Assembly (NCBI GenBank): GCA_010093605.1 | Contig: MU004193.1 | Location: 627,520 to 691,519, forward strand | Length of the DNA: 64,000 nt | Direction: 5' to 3' | Source: Lophium mytilinum | Lineage: Eukaryota | In this document: in pieces, positions 51,764 through 64,000 of the stretch | Numbering within the stretch: the stretch's first letter is position 1 | Layout: each line of letters begins with the position of its first letter | Program-made: the position numbers and the translations under genes | The notes under the pieces: model-generated | Databases searched by the model: none | What the model saw: only the letters and a program-made list of their open reading frames with translations | What the model was told of the DNA's origin: nothing

Positions 51764-52780
51764 AGGGAGGGGGAAGTCTGAGCTGCATTGGATGGCGTTT
51801 GGGACAGCCGCGCTGTGTCGCGGCTTGTGTATAGAGTACGACCGGCGAGACGTGGGTGTATGATATTGTGCATATCGAGAGAATCAATGCCAAAGGAAGG
51901 CGAAATTACAACGATATAAGATTCGGGCCGGAAGAAGTTATGTGTTAAGTCGATGCTGAATCTCACAACATTTGAATCTAGCCATACTGATACCAAATCA
52001 CCAAGCTCTGTAAAGGGCTTTCTCACCTACGCATCTGTCTCTGCAAGGTTTTCATAAATTGCTCATGGTCCACCAATCTACCAATTCCTCCACTCAAGGT
52101 GTCAAATCTATTCCGTGGACTACAGCTCTTGGGTTGTCTAACTCTCCGCCTCCATCATATCACAAAGTTGTTGTGGTTTCGTTGCCTACAACGTCTATGA
52201 CAGATCTGCGGGACGTACTTTCCTGAGTATTTCGTACGCCGCTACTCATTCTGCACCGACTTCTATTCAGAGCCTAGGTTCTGTCGGATCAATTTTCAGC
52301 GCCGGCTATAGTTCCGACTCTTTCTTTTTCTTAGATCATTACTTCCTTCAAAGCATCCTGCTTTTCCCCCTTGGCGAAATAGATACAGAGTTACTACGCT
52401 TTGCCGAATTCCTTGTCACAAACAAATATTCTTCTGCCAACTTTCCGTGAACACCTCGTTTGTTCATCAATCACCCATTCACCAACCAAACTCATTAAAT
52501 GCGTCCCATGAACCAAACTCCTCGATGCATTACCTCTCCATCTCCGCCAAATCTCAAAGCCGGTGTGGTTTAGTCGGTTATAATGTGTACCGTCGCCTTT
52601 CGGAGTTACATTCGGAGACCTGCGTAGTGCAAGACCCAAGTTCGATCCTTGGCGCCGGCCACCATCCCCATTTTTTCCCCTTCTCATCATCACTAGATCG
52701 CATAAGGTGAAGTAATCTGCAAATACAAAAAGCGCAAAAAGAACGAAGCCCCGCGCTTCGAAACCAAGTTCCGAACCGAC

Positions 52781-52903
52781 AAAAATGAACCCTCGAACAG
52801 GCGAGGTAGACTTAGTTCTGGCGAGGCCGTCACTTGGTGATTAATTCCCCTCCCCGCATCGCGCCAATACTGACGATGTGCAGGGTGTTGAGTGGTTCAT
52901 TTC
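52781..52903 (-). ncRNA. Candidate structured small ncRNA (~122 nt), family unknown
   Basis: The 5' and 3' ends pair; nested hairpins rely on G-U pairs that exist only on the minus strand; it ends in TTTTT. Confidence 0.45.
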
Positions 52904-53378
52904 GACGATGGAAAAAACAAACGCAAATTTGTACACTGGTTTACAGGACCTCGGGCTTTCGCAATACCATGCACACCAAAGTTCCCCCCCACACAATCGC
53001 ACATCTTTTCACCTAGTCGCCTCATGTGGACGATCGTTTCTGCTGCTGACTGTGCAGAACCATACATGTCTAACGACCACTAGGGAAGCGGCCTGTTCTA
53101 CCTCTGGTGGCGTAAATTTTAATGCCAGCTCACATCTCATACCTTTTCCTATCTTCCTCATCTTCACTTGCCTCTCCAAAGCTTCATTCAATACGTTTCA
53201 GAAAATCTGTTTCAGGCATAGGGTATCCCTTTGATTCACTTACCACTAGCCTAGCAGTCTGCTAAAGGGATATCATCAGACCAGAACCTCAACCTCCAGC
53301 CTCAATACTCCCTGCCTAAGCCCTCGTAATCACTGGAATCACGCCCCATCGCCCTTCACCCATCCCATCCCCCCTCTC

Positions 53379-53994
53379 CTAATACGGTCCACACTCCACA
53401 CTCCTAATCTTCGCATCAAACCGCACCGGCAGCATATCCGCCCTCGTCCAGCCATAACGCAGCACATCCCCGTCCTCCACAATCTTGCAATCGAGGTTCC
53501 TGGCGAGCGTCAGCGAGCCCATACGTTAGCTTCGCCCCCATTCAATCCTCCAAGCTCGAGACGTGGTGCGGAGGGGGATACTTACACATAGAAGTCACAC
53601 CGATAGCCCGCCACCGTAACCAAGCTCCTGATCTTCTCGTCCCAGGCGTCGTCGAGGTTCGCGCAGCTGCTGGTGGAAGGCAGGGTGGTGGAGGTGCCGA
53701 GGAGGGAGGGGAGGGTGTAGACTGTTACTGCGGTGGTCTTAGGGTGTTAGTATTGGGGATGGTTGGTGGATGGTATTAGTAAGGAGAGAAGTGGGAAAGT
53801 TGAGACTAAGGTGGTGGGGAAGGGGATACATAGGGAGGGAGGGGTGAGGTTGAAGCGAGGGTTTATTTATGAGGTGCGAACTGGGATAATGGTAGGAAAT
53901 GAGTGAAAGCGCATACCCTCTTCTGGATCGCAAGACCATTGACGATGGCTGCAGTTATAGCCACGCCGGCGAGGAGGAAGGTCGCAAGGCGCAT
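53379..53994 (-). CDS. Small secreted protein, beta/gamma-crystallin-like (116 aa, 4 Cys)
   Basis: Phase-consistent exons 53994-53917, 53737-53586, 53499-53379. Signal peptide MRLATFLLAGVAITAAIVNG plus KR site; internal repeat WDEKIRS/FDAKIRS. Confidence 0.8.
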
Positions 53995-55690
53995 GGTTGC
54001 TTCTGTCTCGTAGGTAAATATTTCCGAGGTTTCGAGGTAGGTATCTCAGTTGTTTGTAGGAGTGGAGTAATCGAGTTGACAAACACTGTGCGAGCTTAAG
54101 TACCTCAACCAAACCTAAAAGCCGGTCAAATACAAAGCAAGCACACGCTTATTCGCGGAAGCCGCAATGTTGCTTTTCACTACCTCAAGGAGCCCGTCCG
54201 CCCTTTATACAACAAAGCCGCAGCCCTGCAGCCCCGTTTCACGGTTCAAGGATCCATCCCCATCTCACCGTTTCACCACCAACGCTGTTCGGGAACGTTT
54301 ATATGCTGTGCTACGGACCTCGCGTGGTATGAACCCCTCCCCTCCCTACTCACCCTAGCGATCCGTTCATACCTCCTGGATCCTCGTCCATCCTACCCGT
54401 CTCCCTTAGACTTCTCCACTCCAACACTAGTGGCGATGGACAGGCCTATAGTAGCAACAATCCCCTCCCACAGCTCCATAGACTGCACACTCGGGAGAAG
54501 ACTTGATTGAAGAACGTAATTCCCCAACCAGCCTTGTTGCTTCCATGTTTCAGAACGTCGTAGTGGCGCCCGCCCTCCTACCCAACACAGACGACAACCT
54601 CCGCTTCGAGGTCCCCAGTACCCAGTCGCCGTTATCCAGGTAACCCGCGTCTAATCCATCACCGGGAAAGGGAAATGTGGGCAGTGGCATGTGGCAGGTG
54701 CAGCCGATACCACACCATTCCACCCGTAGCTTTCGAAGGCTTTCGAAAAGAAGGCAGAGAACCGGCTCTAGGGACGCACTAGGAAATACACCTGTGCAAT
54801 CTTTCTTGCCAGCATTGATCCCGGCTCGCGGTTTCTAGAACCCCAGTCTCACAGCCCAAGCGCACGCACATAATCCTGCGATTCAATCATTAACAGAACT
54901 TCTTTTTATTCGTCTCACTTTCTTCCGTCCGTCCTATCTGTGGTACTAACGTCGCTCGCTCACGTGGCCTCTTTACCAGATCCGCCTATGACCCAAACCA
55001 CAGCCCGTCCTGATCATCCTTTCCCAGCTCGCCGTAACAGAGCGCCGTGGATGGTAGGCACAGGCTGGGGCGGCGGGTAGCAAGCCAGCATCCCACTTTC
55101 GTTTATCCCTCCCCCTTCTTCATCGCGCCTCAGATTTCGATTTCCTGACGCTTCCAACTACAAAATCACACGCAAGAAAAAAAAAAGCCAAGACGCCGGG
55201 CAAATGGTTACAGCAACAAGTGGACAAAAGGAATCCCGTTGGATATACCGGTACATGAAAACACAAGGAGGAGAGGATAAGATAATCGAGCCGTGGTGCG
55301 TGGCTTGACTATTGTTTGAGGTTGGTTTGCGGTTTTAAGAAAGTCGTTCGTCGACAGGCGGGATGGTAAAATAATTAATACGACAAGCCAAGTATTTGGG
55401 TATCGCGCGAAGGAAGTGTATAAGCTGAGACTTTGGCTGCGGAGTGCCGTGGCGGCGGCGGCGGCGTCGGAGGTGATAGCGGCGAGGTGTCGTGATGGAC
55501 GGGAAATCGCGTTTCAAGGGTATCCAGCCTCGACTCTCGAGCTTTTGAATTGAACAAAGACAAGTAGATATCCGTCGTGACCGTAGTCAATCTGCGAGGA
55601 CTCCAGAGAAGGTAAAGAGACTCCAGAGGATCAAGGAAATATAGTCATGGCAAGAGTCGTAAAGAGGCCAGGAGTTCCAGTCTCCGAAAC

Positions 55691-56811
55691 CTATAGCAGG
55701 ATCAGGTAATTGCTGGGCGCAATGCCGGTATCGCCATTCGGCTTCTTCGCTTGCCACCACCGCCCACTGACGTCTGATACTTCTAGAATGTCGTGCTTCT
55801 GGAAGCTGATTTCGTTGGCGTCGTCTGGGTTTGCTTCGTAGCTGTAGATTGCCTTGGCCCGGTAGGGGTATTCCGTAGCGGGATCTTGACCGGCGGCGGG
55901 GTCATGTGTTGGTGTCTGCACTTCTGATGTGTTGCCCATGTTGGAGGCACCAAAGCGGGGTTGAGACGAGTTGCGTTGATCCATTCCGCCGACAGGTCCG
56001 CCTGGGTAGCCGGAAACAGGTGAAGAGGTTTCGAACCCGTTCAGTTGAGCGGATGTGTACATCTGCGGCTGCGGGTTGGCAGTCACGGATGTGTCTGGTC
56101 GGTAGTTGTTGGACATTTGTCGGGAGTTTCGCGAGCCCTGGGCTTCCTTGTGCAGAGCATATGAATCGACAAAGGCGCGGTGGCTGGCTTGCGGCTGGGA
56201 GCCAAAGTAGAAGATCCAGATGATCTAGTCACGAATCAGTATGAGCCAATGAAGACTAAACATGGTTCCTTACCGCGATCATAGAAAGAAGAATGAAGCC
56301 TGCGGCAGCGGCTTCGAAAGCGGCTACAGAGGAGTAGACGAGGGAATTAACGGCCGACGAGGTAAAGACCAGTCCCGCAGCCAGGAAACCAACAATCTAG
56401 ATGATATCAGCACGCGCCTATAGAGCAATTATGGGATGGCGTGACATACGGCAACATGGTAGGTATGTGTTGAGTCGGACGCTATTGTCACGGTGACGCC
56501 AATAACGCAAAGGAGCATGTAACTCAGCGCCCACCAGGCGAAGTTAGGGAAGCCGCCGTGAACGGCAGAGATGATGGAGCTAATGAAGGCGATGATCCAG
56601 GCGAGCTAGGATTGTCAGCATCATTCAGCCTTACTGGGTCGAGCGAGCCGTGGGACGCGCGGAGCCTTACCATGCCAATGGAGATTGTTGCCAACGCGAA
56701 GGGGTCGCCAACGATACGGCCAAAGGAGAATGTCTGGCGATTGCCGCCATAGCTGTTACCGTTTTCCATTTTGCGGAGCGATGGCGAAGGAATGGAGCCG
56801 TAGGATGGCAT
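55691..56811 (-). CDS. SHO1: High-osmolarity signalling membrane sensor Sho1
   Basis: [11 protein letters not shown], four TM segments over several exons, and C-terminal SH3 domain [33 protein letters not shown]. Confidence 0.96.
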
Positions 56812-58370
56812 GAAGCTGAACAGCGCGGATTGCGGAGGTAAACAGGCGGTCGCAATGAGGTTGGTGACGGGCGACGGCAGCTGGGTCGAGACTCGCTCGT
56901 GGAATGGGTGCTGCGTGGGCGAAGAGAAGCGTATTAAAGAGACTTGTATGCGGTAGTGAGGTGGTGTTCAGCGCCTGGCCGGAGTCGAGGTCGAGGGGCG
57001 ATGGAGGGCGTTTGGGTGATGTTTGCGGCGCAAAAGACGACAGGCGCAGCGACAAAGCGGAGTTGGGGTGCGAAAAACGAAGGGAGAGCCACAACCAACG
57101 GCTACTGGGAAGAAGACAGCGGCTGTAGGAGGTTGTTGAGTGCTGGGCGTGGTTTGTCGAGGTGAGAGGAGAAGAGGCCGACTGGCAAAGGAGGGTCAGC
57201 CAATTCCGGGGGCGGCATACGAGCCAATCGCTGCCCACTAGAGGTTTCAAGCGTCGCAGGGCTCGATGCGACGCCGCCGCCGAGGAGTCTGCCCGTGGCG
57301 CGCGTTTAGGCAATAAATAGAGACAATGGACAGTGGGTGGAGGGCGTCTCTTTGTTGCGTTCTATATTCTACTTGCTATCTGCTGTCTACAAGCTGAGGC
57401 GGGGCTCAAAGCAGCCCTCATCGAAGGCGCAAAAGAGGGCAGCAACCTGGCACACTTGGAATTGGCTCGAGCAGGCCGCCGCCACAGTAGGGATTAATTA
57501 GATTGGATTGTGGCGCATCAGCCTAATTTCCAGCATTGCATTGTCCAGGCCTCGCCCGCTGCTGGCTGAGTGGTGCTTAATATCCCCCGTGATCCCTTCT
57601 CTGCTCCCATCAACTTCTTCACTACTTGCCGTCCTTTGCGCCTGCGTGGCACCTGTGTTCACTGCCTCCTCCGCGGTGCGCCCCCAGCATCCGGATACGT
57701 CGTCGCAGAGCTATCCCTGTGTTCGCGCTGCATTGGCCGTCGCCGATCGCGGGACGATGGGCGGGCATTGGCCACGCGCTGCTCGGCTGAAGACCTCATC
57801 TGAGACCAACATGAAACCACTGTCGACGGCGATAATTCAAATCCTCGAGCCTCATCGCCAGAACCATCCAGCAGTCGCCCTCACATGCTACATTCGGGTG
57901 CCGGTCTCCCTTCAAAGCCGAGACTTCGTATTGTGTGCCTCAGTATCTGCACATGACAGATTCAGGAACCGATCCCACAGGCTGACATATTCCTGCTTAC
58001 GGGCTTGTCTACCGCATAACTAGCATCCTCTTCTCATCGACCCGCCAGGTACCATCTTGTGCGTGTCACCTTTAACCCTGCATTGCTAAAGCTTGACCAT
58101 TTCCCAAACGGTATTCCCAAAAGGTATCTTGATGCCAAGCTCAAACAGCGCCCGCACCAGCTGATGGTGATGCCCAAATGTCGTCACAAACCTCCCCAAA
58201 CTTGGATATCGTGGTGAACGCTGTCGACAGGAAACGGCCAGTGCTCCTAAGCCTGCCGTATATCCCGTCTGAGCTGGCATCGTGGCACCTGGGAGTGCAA
58301 TGATCAGCTCATCCGTCTGTGGACCGACCCAAACAATGGCAAACAAGTGTAGCCTCTGCATGGGTCATCC

Positions 58371-59122
58371 TCAAGTCTCGTTCTTCTCTTGCTCCAGCTT
58401 GAACTCCTTCCGCCTGACCGTGCGCTCCACCTCCCTCAACCGCTTGTCAAACTCGACGAAACATCTGCCCACCCCCAGGATGTGAATTTCGCTCCAGCTG
58501 ATGATGGCACACTCCGTCCTCTTCCTCAACTCTGATATCTCCAGCGCTTGTTGTACCCGGCGATCGTTTATGGCTTGTATACGTGGCTGTAGTTCGACAA
58601 GGTGAGCCAGCGTTTCCGTCTTCGGGAGTGGCATCATGTCCTTTAGGGCTTTGAGTTGGGAAGCTAGGGCTGGATAGCCTGGAGCGCTCTCCATGACAAA
58701 GTCGAGATGCTGTAGCGGTTCTGGGAACTGAAGGCCTTCCTCCCTGTACTGTTTCGGTTTTGGCGGATAGACGAGCTCGGGATGGCGAATACCTGTGGTG
58801 GGAAATGAGCCTAGATTTCAATAAATACGCTGTGGTACATACGCAGCTGTTCCACCTCAGATATCAAGCTTGTCTTGGACGACAACGCTTTCAGACCATC
58901 CTCAATCCTCTTGATCCTCTGCAGGATGCTCCCTTGCTGCTTCGCCTTGAGCTGCTCCTCGTCCTGTGTCTTGCCGTCGAAGAAATACTCGATTTGTCTG
59001 AGCCGGCCGGTCAACTCCACCATGGTGTCGTACGCAAGATCCGCGAGCTCCTGGTCGGTTTCCAGGCGGCAATCTTCTAAGTCCCGGGCGACGGCCTTGG
59101 GCAGATCGCTCCTATGCGCCAT
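58371..59122 (-). CDS. ro-10: Nuclear distribution protein RO10 (dynactin p24-like)
   Basis: Exons 59122-58843 and 58792-58371. Motifs RLRQIEY, LASQLKAL.D, LQPRI, EISELR and RLREVERTVRR. Confidence 0.75.
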
Positions 59123-59427
59123 CGTTGCTTGATGAAGTGTTGTTGTATCTGAGTCGAGTAGCTCCCAGGTTTCTATGGGGAAAAGGCGTAGGTGCTTCGT
59201 AGATCTCCCCCGGGCCGTTAGCTAAGGAGGCTTGGCGTGCTGAGATCAACTTCGACTGGCTCAACGTCAGACGACTGCACGATCACGCAAACCCCGACTC
59301 CGCAGTGCATTCTTACTCACTGTTCGGGGTGAATACTAACCACCACTCCATCTACTCCTCCTCCACTTCTTCACGCCTCAGCACATGGTGTCGCGATTTC
59401 TGCCTCCCCATCCACCACGTTTCTCTA

Positions 59428-61144
59428 ATGGCTAGCTACGCCGCCATCAGCACCGAGCCCGATGACACCGACCACATGTCTGCGAGCACCGGCTCCTTGA
59501 GGGGTCGGCGGCCTGGGTAGGTCGTTTGCTCGAATCTGCTAGGAAATGCGCTGATAAGACAGCTCTCGTAATGGCAAAAAGAATGTTGGCGTCGTCGGCC
59601 AGGCTACCTGGATCAGCAGCGTTATCAACCTCGTCAATACCAGTATGATACTGCCCCGCACGGCTGCTTGGATACAAACTGATTCCGGTGCCTCTAGTTC
59701 TCGGAGCCGGACTCCTAGCCATGCCTTCGGCCATGTCGAAGATGGGAATAGTCCTCGGATGCTTCATCATAGCATGGGCAGGCGTCACCGCAGGCTTCGG
59801 ACTCTACCTTCAGACCAGATGTGCCCGATACATTGACCGTGGAAGTTCCTCCTTCGCCGCGCTATCTCAACTCACATACCCGAACCTGTCTATCTTGTTC
59901 GATGCGGCCATAGCTATCAAGTGCTTCGGTGTCGGGGTCAGCTACTTGATAATTATTGGAGATTTGATGCCAGGGGTTGTCCGAGGGTTTGCGGGAACTG
60001 TACCATATGACTTTCTAGTAGACCGCCAGTTTTGGATAACTGCGTTCATGTACGTTGACTCTGACCTCAGCCTAAATCTGGTGTCGGGACTAATGTTGAA
60101 GATAGGTTGATCGTTATTCCACTTTCATTCCTACGACGACTAGACTCTTTGAAGTATACTAGCCTCATTGCATTGGTTTCTATTGGATATCTGGTAGTTC
60201 TCGTAGTTGCCCATTTCATCAAGGGCGATACCCTAGAAGCTCGCGGCCCAGTCCGTGTTTTCAAGTGGGCTGGACCTATTCCGACTCTTGCTGCATTTCC
60301 AGTAATAGTCTTTGCATACACATGTCACCAGAACGTAAGACGGCCTATCTGATCTCTCTTCATCTGCTAACCCGAGTAGATGTTTTCGATTCTGAACGAG
60401 ATCTTTGACAACTCCCATTTCCGCACCACCAGCGTAGTAGGCGCGAGTATTGGATCTGCAGGCTTCTTCTATATTCTCGTCGGCGTCACGGGCTATCTCT
60501 CGTATGGCGACAATGTTGGTGGTAACATCGTCAACATGTATCCTCCCGCGGTCGCCTCCACCATCGGCCGTCTCGCAATCGTCATCTTGGTCATGTTTTC
60601 CTACCCCCTCCAGGTCCACCCATGCCGCGCCTCCGTGGACGCTTGTCTCAAGTGGCGTCCCCGCCGCCGCTCTCAACGCCCGGAGACATCGCCCTCGCGC
60701 AACTCACTCCTCAGCCCGGCGAAATCTCCCTCGAGACCAATCGCAGATATATCTGACCTCCGTTTCGCAATCCTAACCACAATCATCATCGTCCTCTCCT
60801 TCATCGTCGCTATGACCGTGTCATCCCTCGAAAAGGTCCTCGCCTACGTTGGCAGCACTGGCTCCACCACCATCAGCTTCATCCTACCCGGACTGTTCTA
60901 CTACAAGATCTCGGACCCGGATTCCGCGCACCACCAGAAGCTAGTCAAGGAAGACGACGACGAGAACAACGAGTTTGAGAATGAGTCTGTGAGTGAGGTT
61001 AACGATGGCCTGGCAGCGCAGCGGAAGACCAAGAACTGGCGATCGGGCCTGCTTCGAAAGTTGAGTCTGGCGCTGGCAATCTATGGTTGCATCGTCATGG
61101 TCACTTGCCTGGTGACAAACACTTTTCTCATTGCGGCTCATTGA
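59428..61144 (+). CDS. Vacuolar amino acid transporter (AAAP, Avt5/Avt6-like)
   Basis: Multi-exon. Motifs INLVNT|ILGAGLLAMP, IAIKCFGVGVSYL, FAYTCHQN and VGSTGSTTISFILPG. Confidence 0.93.
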
Positions 61145-61850
61145 GTGTTGGATTTTGAAGAATAGACTGCATTGATATTTAGCGGCTTGCATTCCAGAGT
61201 CTTTTACAGTCTTCAAAGCGTGCATATTGTGGTGTTATTCATACTTATTCTTCATCATTTTTACCTAGAATTACTCGGTCACGTGATTAGCAACTCTCAG
61301 GGCTGAAGTTCTTGGGACACACTATCAATGTGACGAGCCATCGAGAAATAAACCTGTTACCATCATACGTTTACTCTGCTATTTAACTCACGCTCTCGTC
61401 TCTACTTCGACCCACTTCGTCGCTTCTCAACCCTTGATTTTAGCTGGAGGGCCTAACGAGTCGTGGCATAGCGTCCTGTTCTGGGAATTTTGATCTCCAT
61501 TCGGGACACTGCCAAGCTCTGAGGCGTTTTCCAGCTCTGCGCTGTGGAAGGAAAACGCCACAGCGTCTGGAATCTACTCCATACCCAGGTACCATCTCTT
61601 CGGTCCACCCGGAGCAGCCGCACCTCCAAGACTTTTCAATACTATGATCGCGAACCCCTTGCGCTAGTACAGCAGTCGAGATGGGTGTTCTTTGGGAACC
61701 GCGACTCGTGCTTCGCAGTCCTCAAAAGGCGCACGTCGCCGTTTTGTAGTAGCAGTTACCTATTGCCTACTGACTTCTATTTCATATACGGAGTTTTCTC
61801 CATTTCCTGTCATTTCCTGAATACAATTTCTCGTTAATGATATTTTCATC

Positions 61851-62979
61851 ATGTCTGTCCATACAGTCTTCGCAATCGCGGCTCTCCTTGCTGTCTCTCC
61901 CTCGTTCGCGTCCCCTCTTTCACCAAGAGCTGTATGCTATGGCCTAGGCGATGGCACTTCCTTTACGACCGGCGGCAAGGAGTTCCTCATCACCGCCGAC
62001 GTTGTCAAATCCACCCACAACCTCGGCGGGCCGCTTTGGGACCTGACCTTCGAAGGGTGCATTGCCAGCTGCGCCGCCGACTCGGCTTGCGTTGATCTAT
62101 CCTACACCAGGTAAACCTTCCTCCCAGCTCTTTGTCGAAGCCAGTTACTGAACTCTAGCCAGCGGAGGGACTTGCTACCTAAAGGCAGGCATAGTCGTAG
62201 ACAGCGCCAGTTTCTCCGAGACAGGCACCTGCGACGCCATGCTCATCGGCGACGCCTCTTCTCCCTCCTCTACACCATCCCCCGCAGCATCAACCTGTGC
62301 CCCCCTCACCGTCACCGAACCCGCCTCCTTCTGCCCAACCATCCCCGCCATCACCGAAACCGCCTCCTGCGCCACCGCAACCGTCACCTCACCCGTCACC
62401 CTCCCTGCCTCGACCGTCACCGAATCCGCCTCCGCCATCACTTCCACCCTCACCGTAACCGCCTCCCCCTCCGCCGCCACAAACATCTGCGCCTCCCCGA
62501 CCCCCGCTGTAATCAACCCCTCCTTCACCCCCTCCACCGCCCCCTGGGCCCTCGTCTCCGCCGGCGACAGCACCCTCGAGCGCGTGTCCACCACAGCGGG
62601 CAGCGGCAGCGCCCTCCGCGTGCGCATCAACGCCGCCAACGCCAACCTCCCGCAGAGCATCCTGCAAGCGGTCCGGCTGTGCGCGGGGACGACGTACCGC
62701 CTCTCCTTCAGCGCGCGGCGCGTGACGACGTCGGGGGTGATTAGCGTGAGTGCGAGTGTTACCCACCCAGGAGCGACAGTAGTGGTGGTGCCAGTGACGG
62801 TAGTCGCGAGTTCGACCGGGATGGGGTTTGTGGGGTTGGATGTGGTGGTGCCGGAGGACCGCACCTACCCAGATGGAGTAGTGCCCGCCCTGGTGAGGGT
62901 GGTGGTTAGTTTTAGTAGCGGGGCTGGGCAGGCGAAGGAGGTGCAGTTGAGTGAGGTGGCGTTGGTGCCGGTTGTGTAG
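61851..62979 (+). CDS. Secreted protein: PAN/apple-like domain, Thr/Ser/Pro linker, carbohydrate-binding-like C-terminus
   Basis: Exons 61851-62110 and 62163-62979. Signal peptide; CIASCAADSACVDLSY..GTCYLK; NPSF...W...AGTTYRLSFSAR. Confidence 0.8.
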
Positions 62980-63570
62980 ATGGGGGGGTTGAGGGGGTTA
63001 GTGTATGGGTGTAATAAAATCTTGGGTCGACTTCGAGATCAGGGCGTTAGATTTGATTTGCTTGAAGCGGAGAGGGCAAGATGTTACGTGACGTTGAGAA
63101 CGACGGTTCGATGACCACTGAAGCGTGTGACTGAGTAAATTCCGAACACAGAAAGTTATCCCAGCCGATAAACATAGGATAAGGGCTACCTATCCTCTAG
63201 GGTATGTCGCAGCTAGGCATATGTAACAGAGAGACCGTTCGTAAAACCACCAACCGGTATCAGCAGAAGCGAAACAACCATGCATTACACGCCCACACGC
63301 CCCACGCCCGTTCTGTCCGTCCACCATCAATACCCATCCCATCCATCCTTGTCACGCCATGCCATTCGATACCTGACCAAAAGGTTATGCAGCAGGAGTG
63401 TAAAGAATCGAACACGCTCATGAGGAAGAATCAGGAAATCGAGGAAACGGGCTCACAGCCAAAGTGTGCTTCGCTTCGTTCCGCCTGTGTACTTTTACCG
63501 AAACCAGTCCAAGGGAGAAGAAACGCGGAGGAGATAAGAGGGAGAAGAGACTATGCCGAACTGAACGCTC

Positions 63571-64000
63571 TCAAGAGGGCTTGTCGCACCCAATACGCCC
63601 GAGCAACTCCTTCCGGTCGCCGTGACCGGGAATGCTAATGCCGCTCGACCTGTTGCCCCCGCCGCGCCCGGTGCTGCTCCGCTTGTAGTTGAGCACACCG
63701 GGGCTGTTGCGGCGGACGAACGTCAAGGACTCGACCCCAACCTCTTCCTCTAGAGGTACACCTTCCATGGCCATGTTAGCTTTGGCTTTGGACGGCGATG
63801 GGATGGTATGTTTGGGGTCAGAGTATTCTTCAACCTCAATCTCCTCTTCCTCATCGTCGCCTTCGTCGTCGGAGCGCACGTCGTCTGCTGCCTCCCCGTT
63901 GACGACCTTCCATGCGACCTTAACGATCAGGGCAAACCAGAGCAAAGTGATGAGTTGAAGTGCGAACAGGAGTGCCATGAAGCTCCATTCAATATTCGCG
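63571..64000 (-). CDS. Ceramide synthase (LAG1/LAC1 TLC family), 3' part only
   Basis: LQLITLLWFALIVKVAWKV..ADDVRSDDE and C-terminal RKELLGRIGCDK; runs off the window edge. Confidence 0.88.
   Translation of the reverse strand, partial: ANIEWSFMALLFALQLITLLWFALIVKVAWKVVNGEAADDVRSDDEGDDEEEEIEVEEYSDPKHTIPSPSKAKANMAMEGVPLEEEVGVESLTFVRRNSPGVLNYKRSSTGRGGGNRSSGISIPGHGDRKELLGRIGCDKPS

Noticed and set aside
52785..53234. Spliced + strand ORF MNPRTGE|GVEWFIST...
   Set aside because: Weak donor and a featureless product; the structured-RNA explanation fits the sequence better.

Overview
Eukaryotic DNA from a filamentous ascomycete (Pezizomycotina), with GT-AG introns and CTRAY branch points. About 1-11.8 kb is an AT-rich block degenerated by repeat-induced point mutation (RIP). 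It holds a minus-strand Ty3/gypsy retrotransposon relic in which gag, protease, RT, RNase H and the integrase zinc finger are still readable, but the integrase core is missing. The rest is gene-dense euchromatin with about 25 genes: MFS efflux pump, hexose transporter, DJ-1/PfpI, class-V PLP enzyme, beta-lactamase-family enzyme, NAD-dependent reductase, AT-hook/bZIP factor, DUF7918-like protein, cupin, dynein light intermediate chain, IST3, Pth11-like protein, amino-acid permeases, NAD(P)HX epimerase, mitoribosomal S16, SHO1, RO10, secreted proteins and a partial ceramide synthase. The most notable observations are: (1) a 7-unit, ~150-170 bp intergenic array with a conserved ~35-bp core and repeated internal hairpins (22.65-23.72 kb); (2) mitoribosomal S16 fused to an Nrp1-like RanBP2 zinc finger; (3) a ~122-nt structured candidate ncRNA ending in a T-run (52.78-52.90 kb); (4) a modular inverted/tandem CACGTG-bearing repeat element (34.64-35.19 kb); (5) an unannotated spliced small secreted crystallin-like protein. 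All family assignments come from motif recognition by eye; no searches were run.
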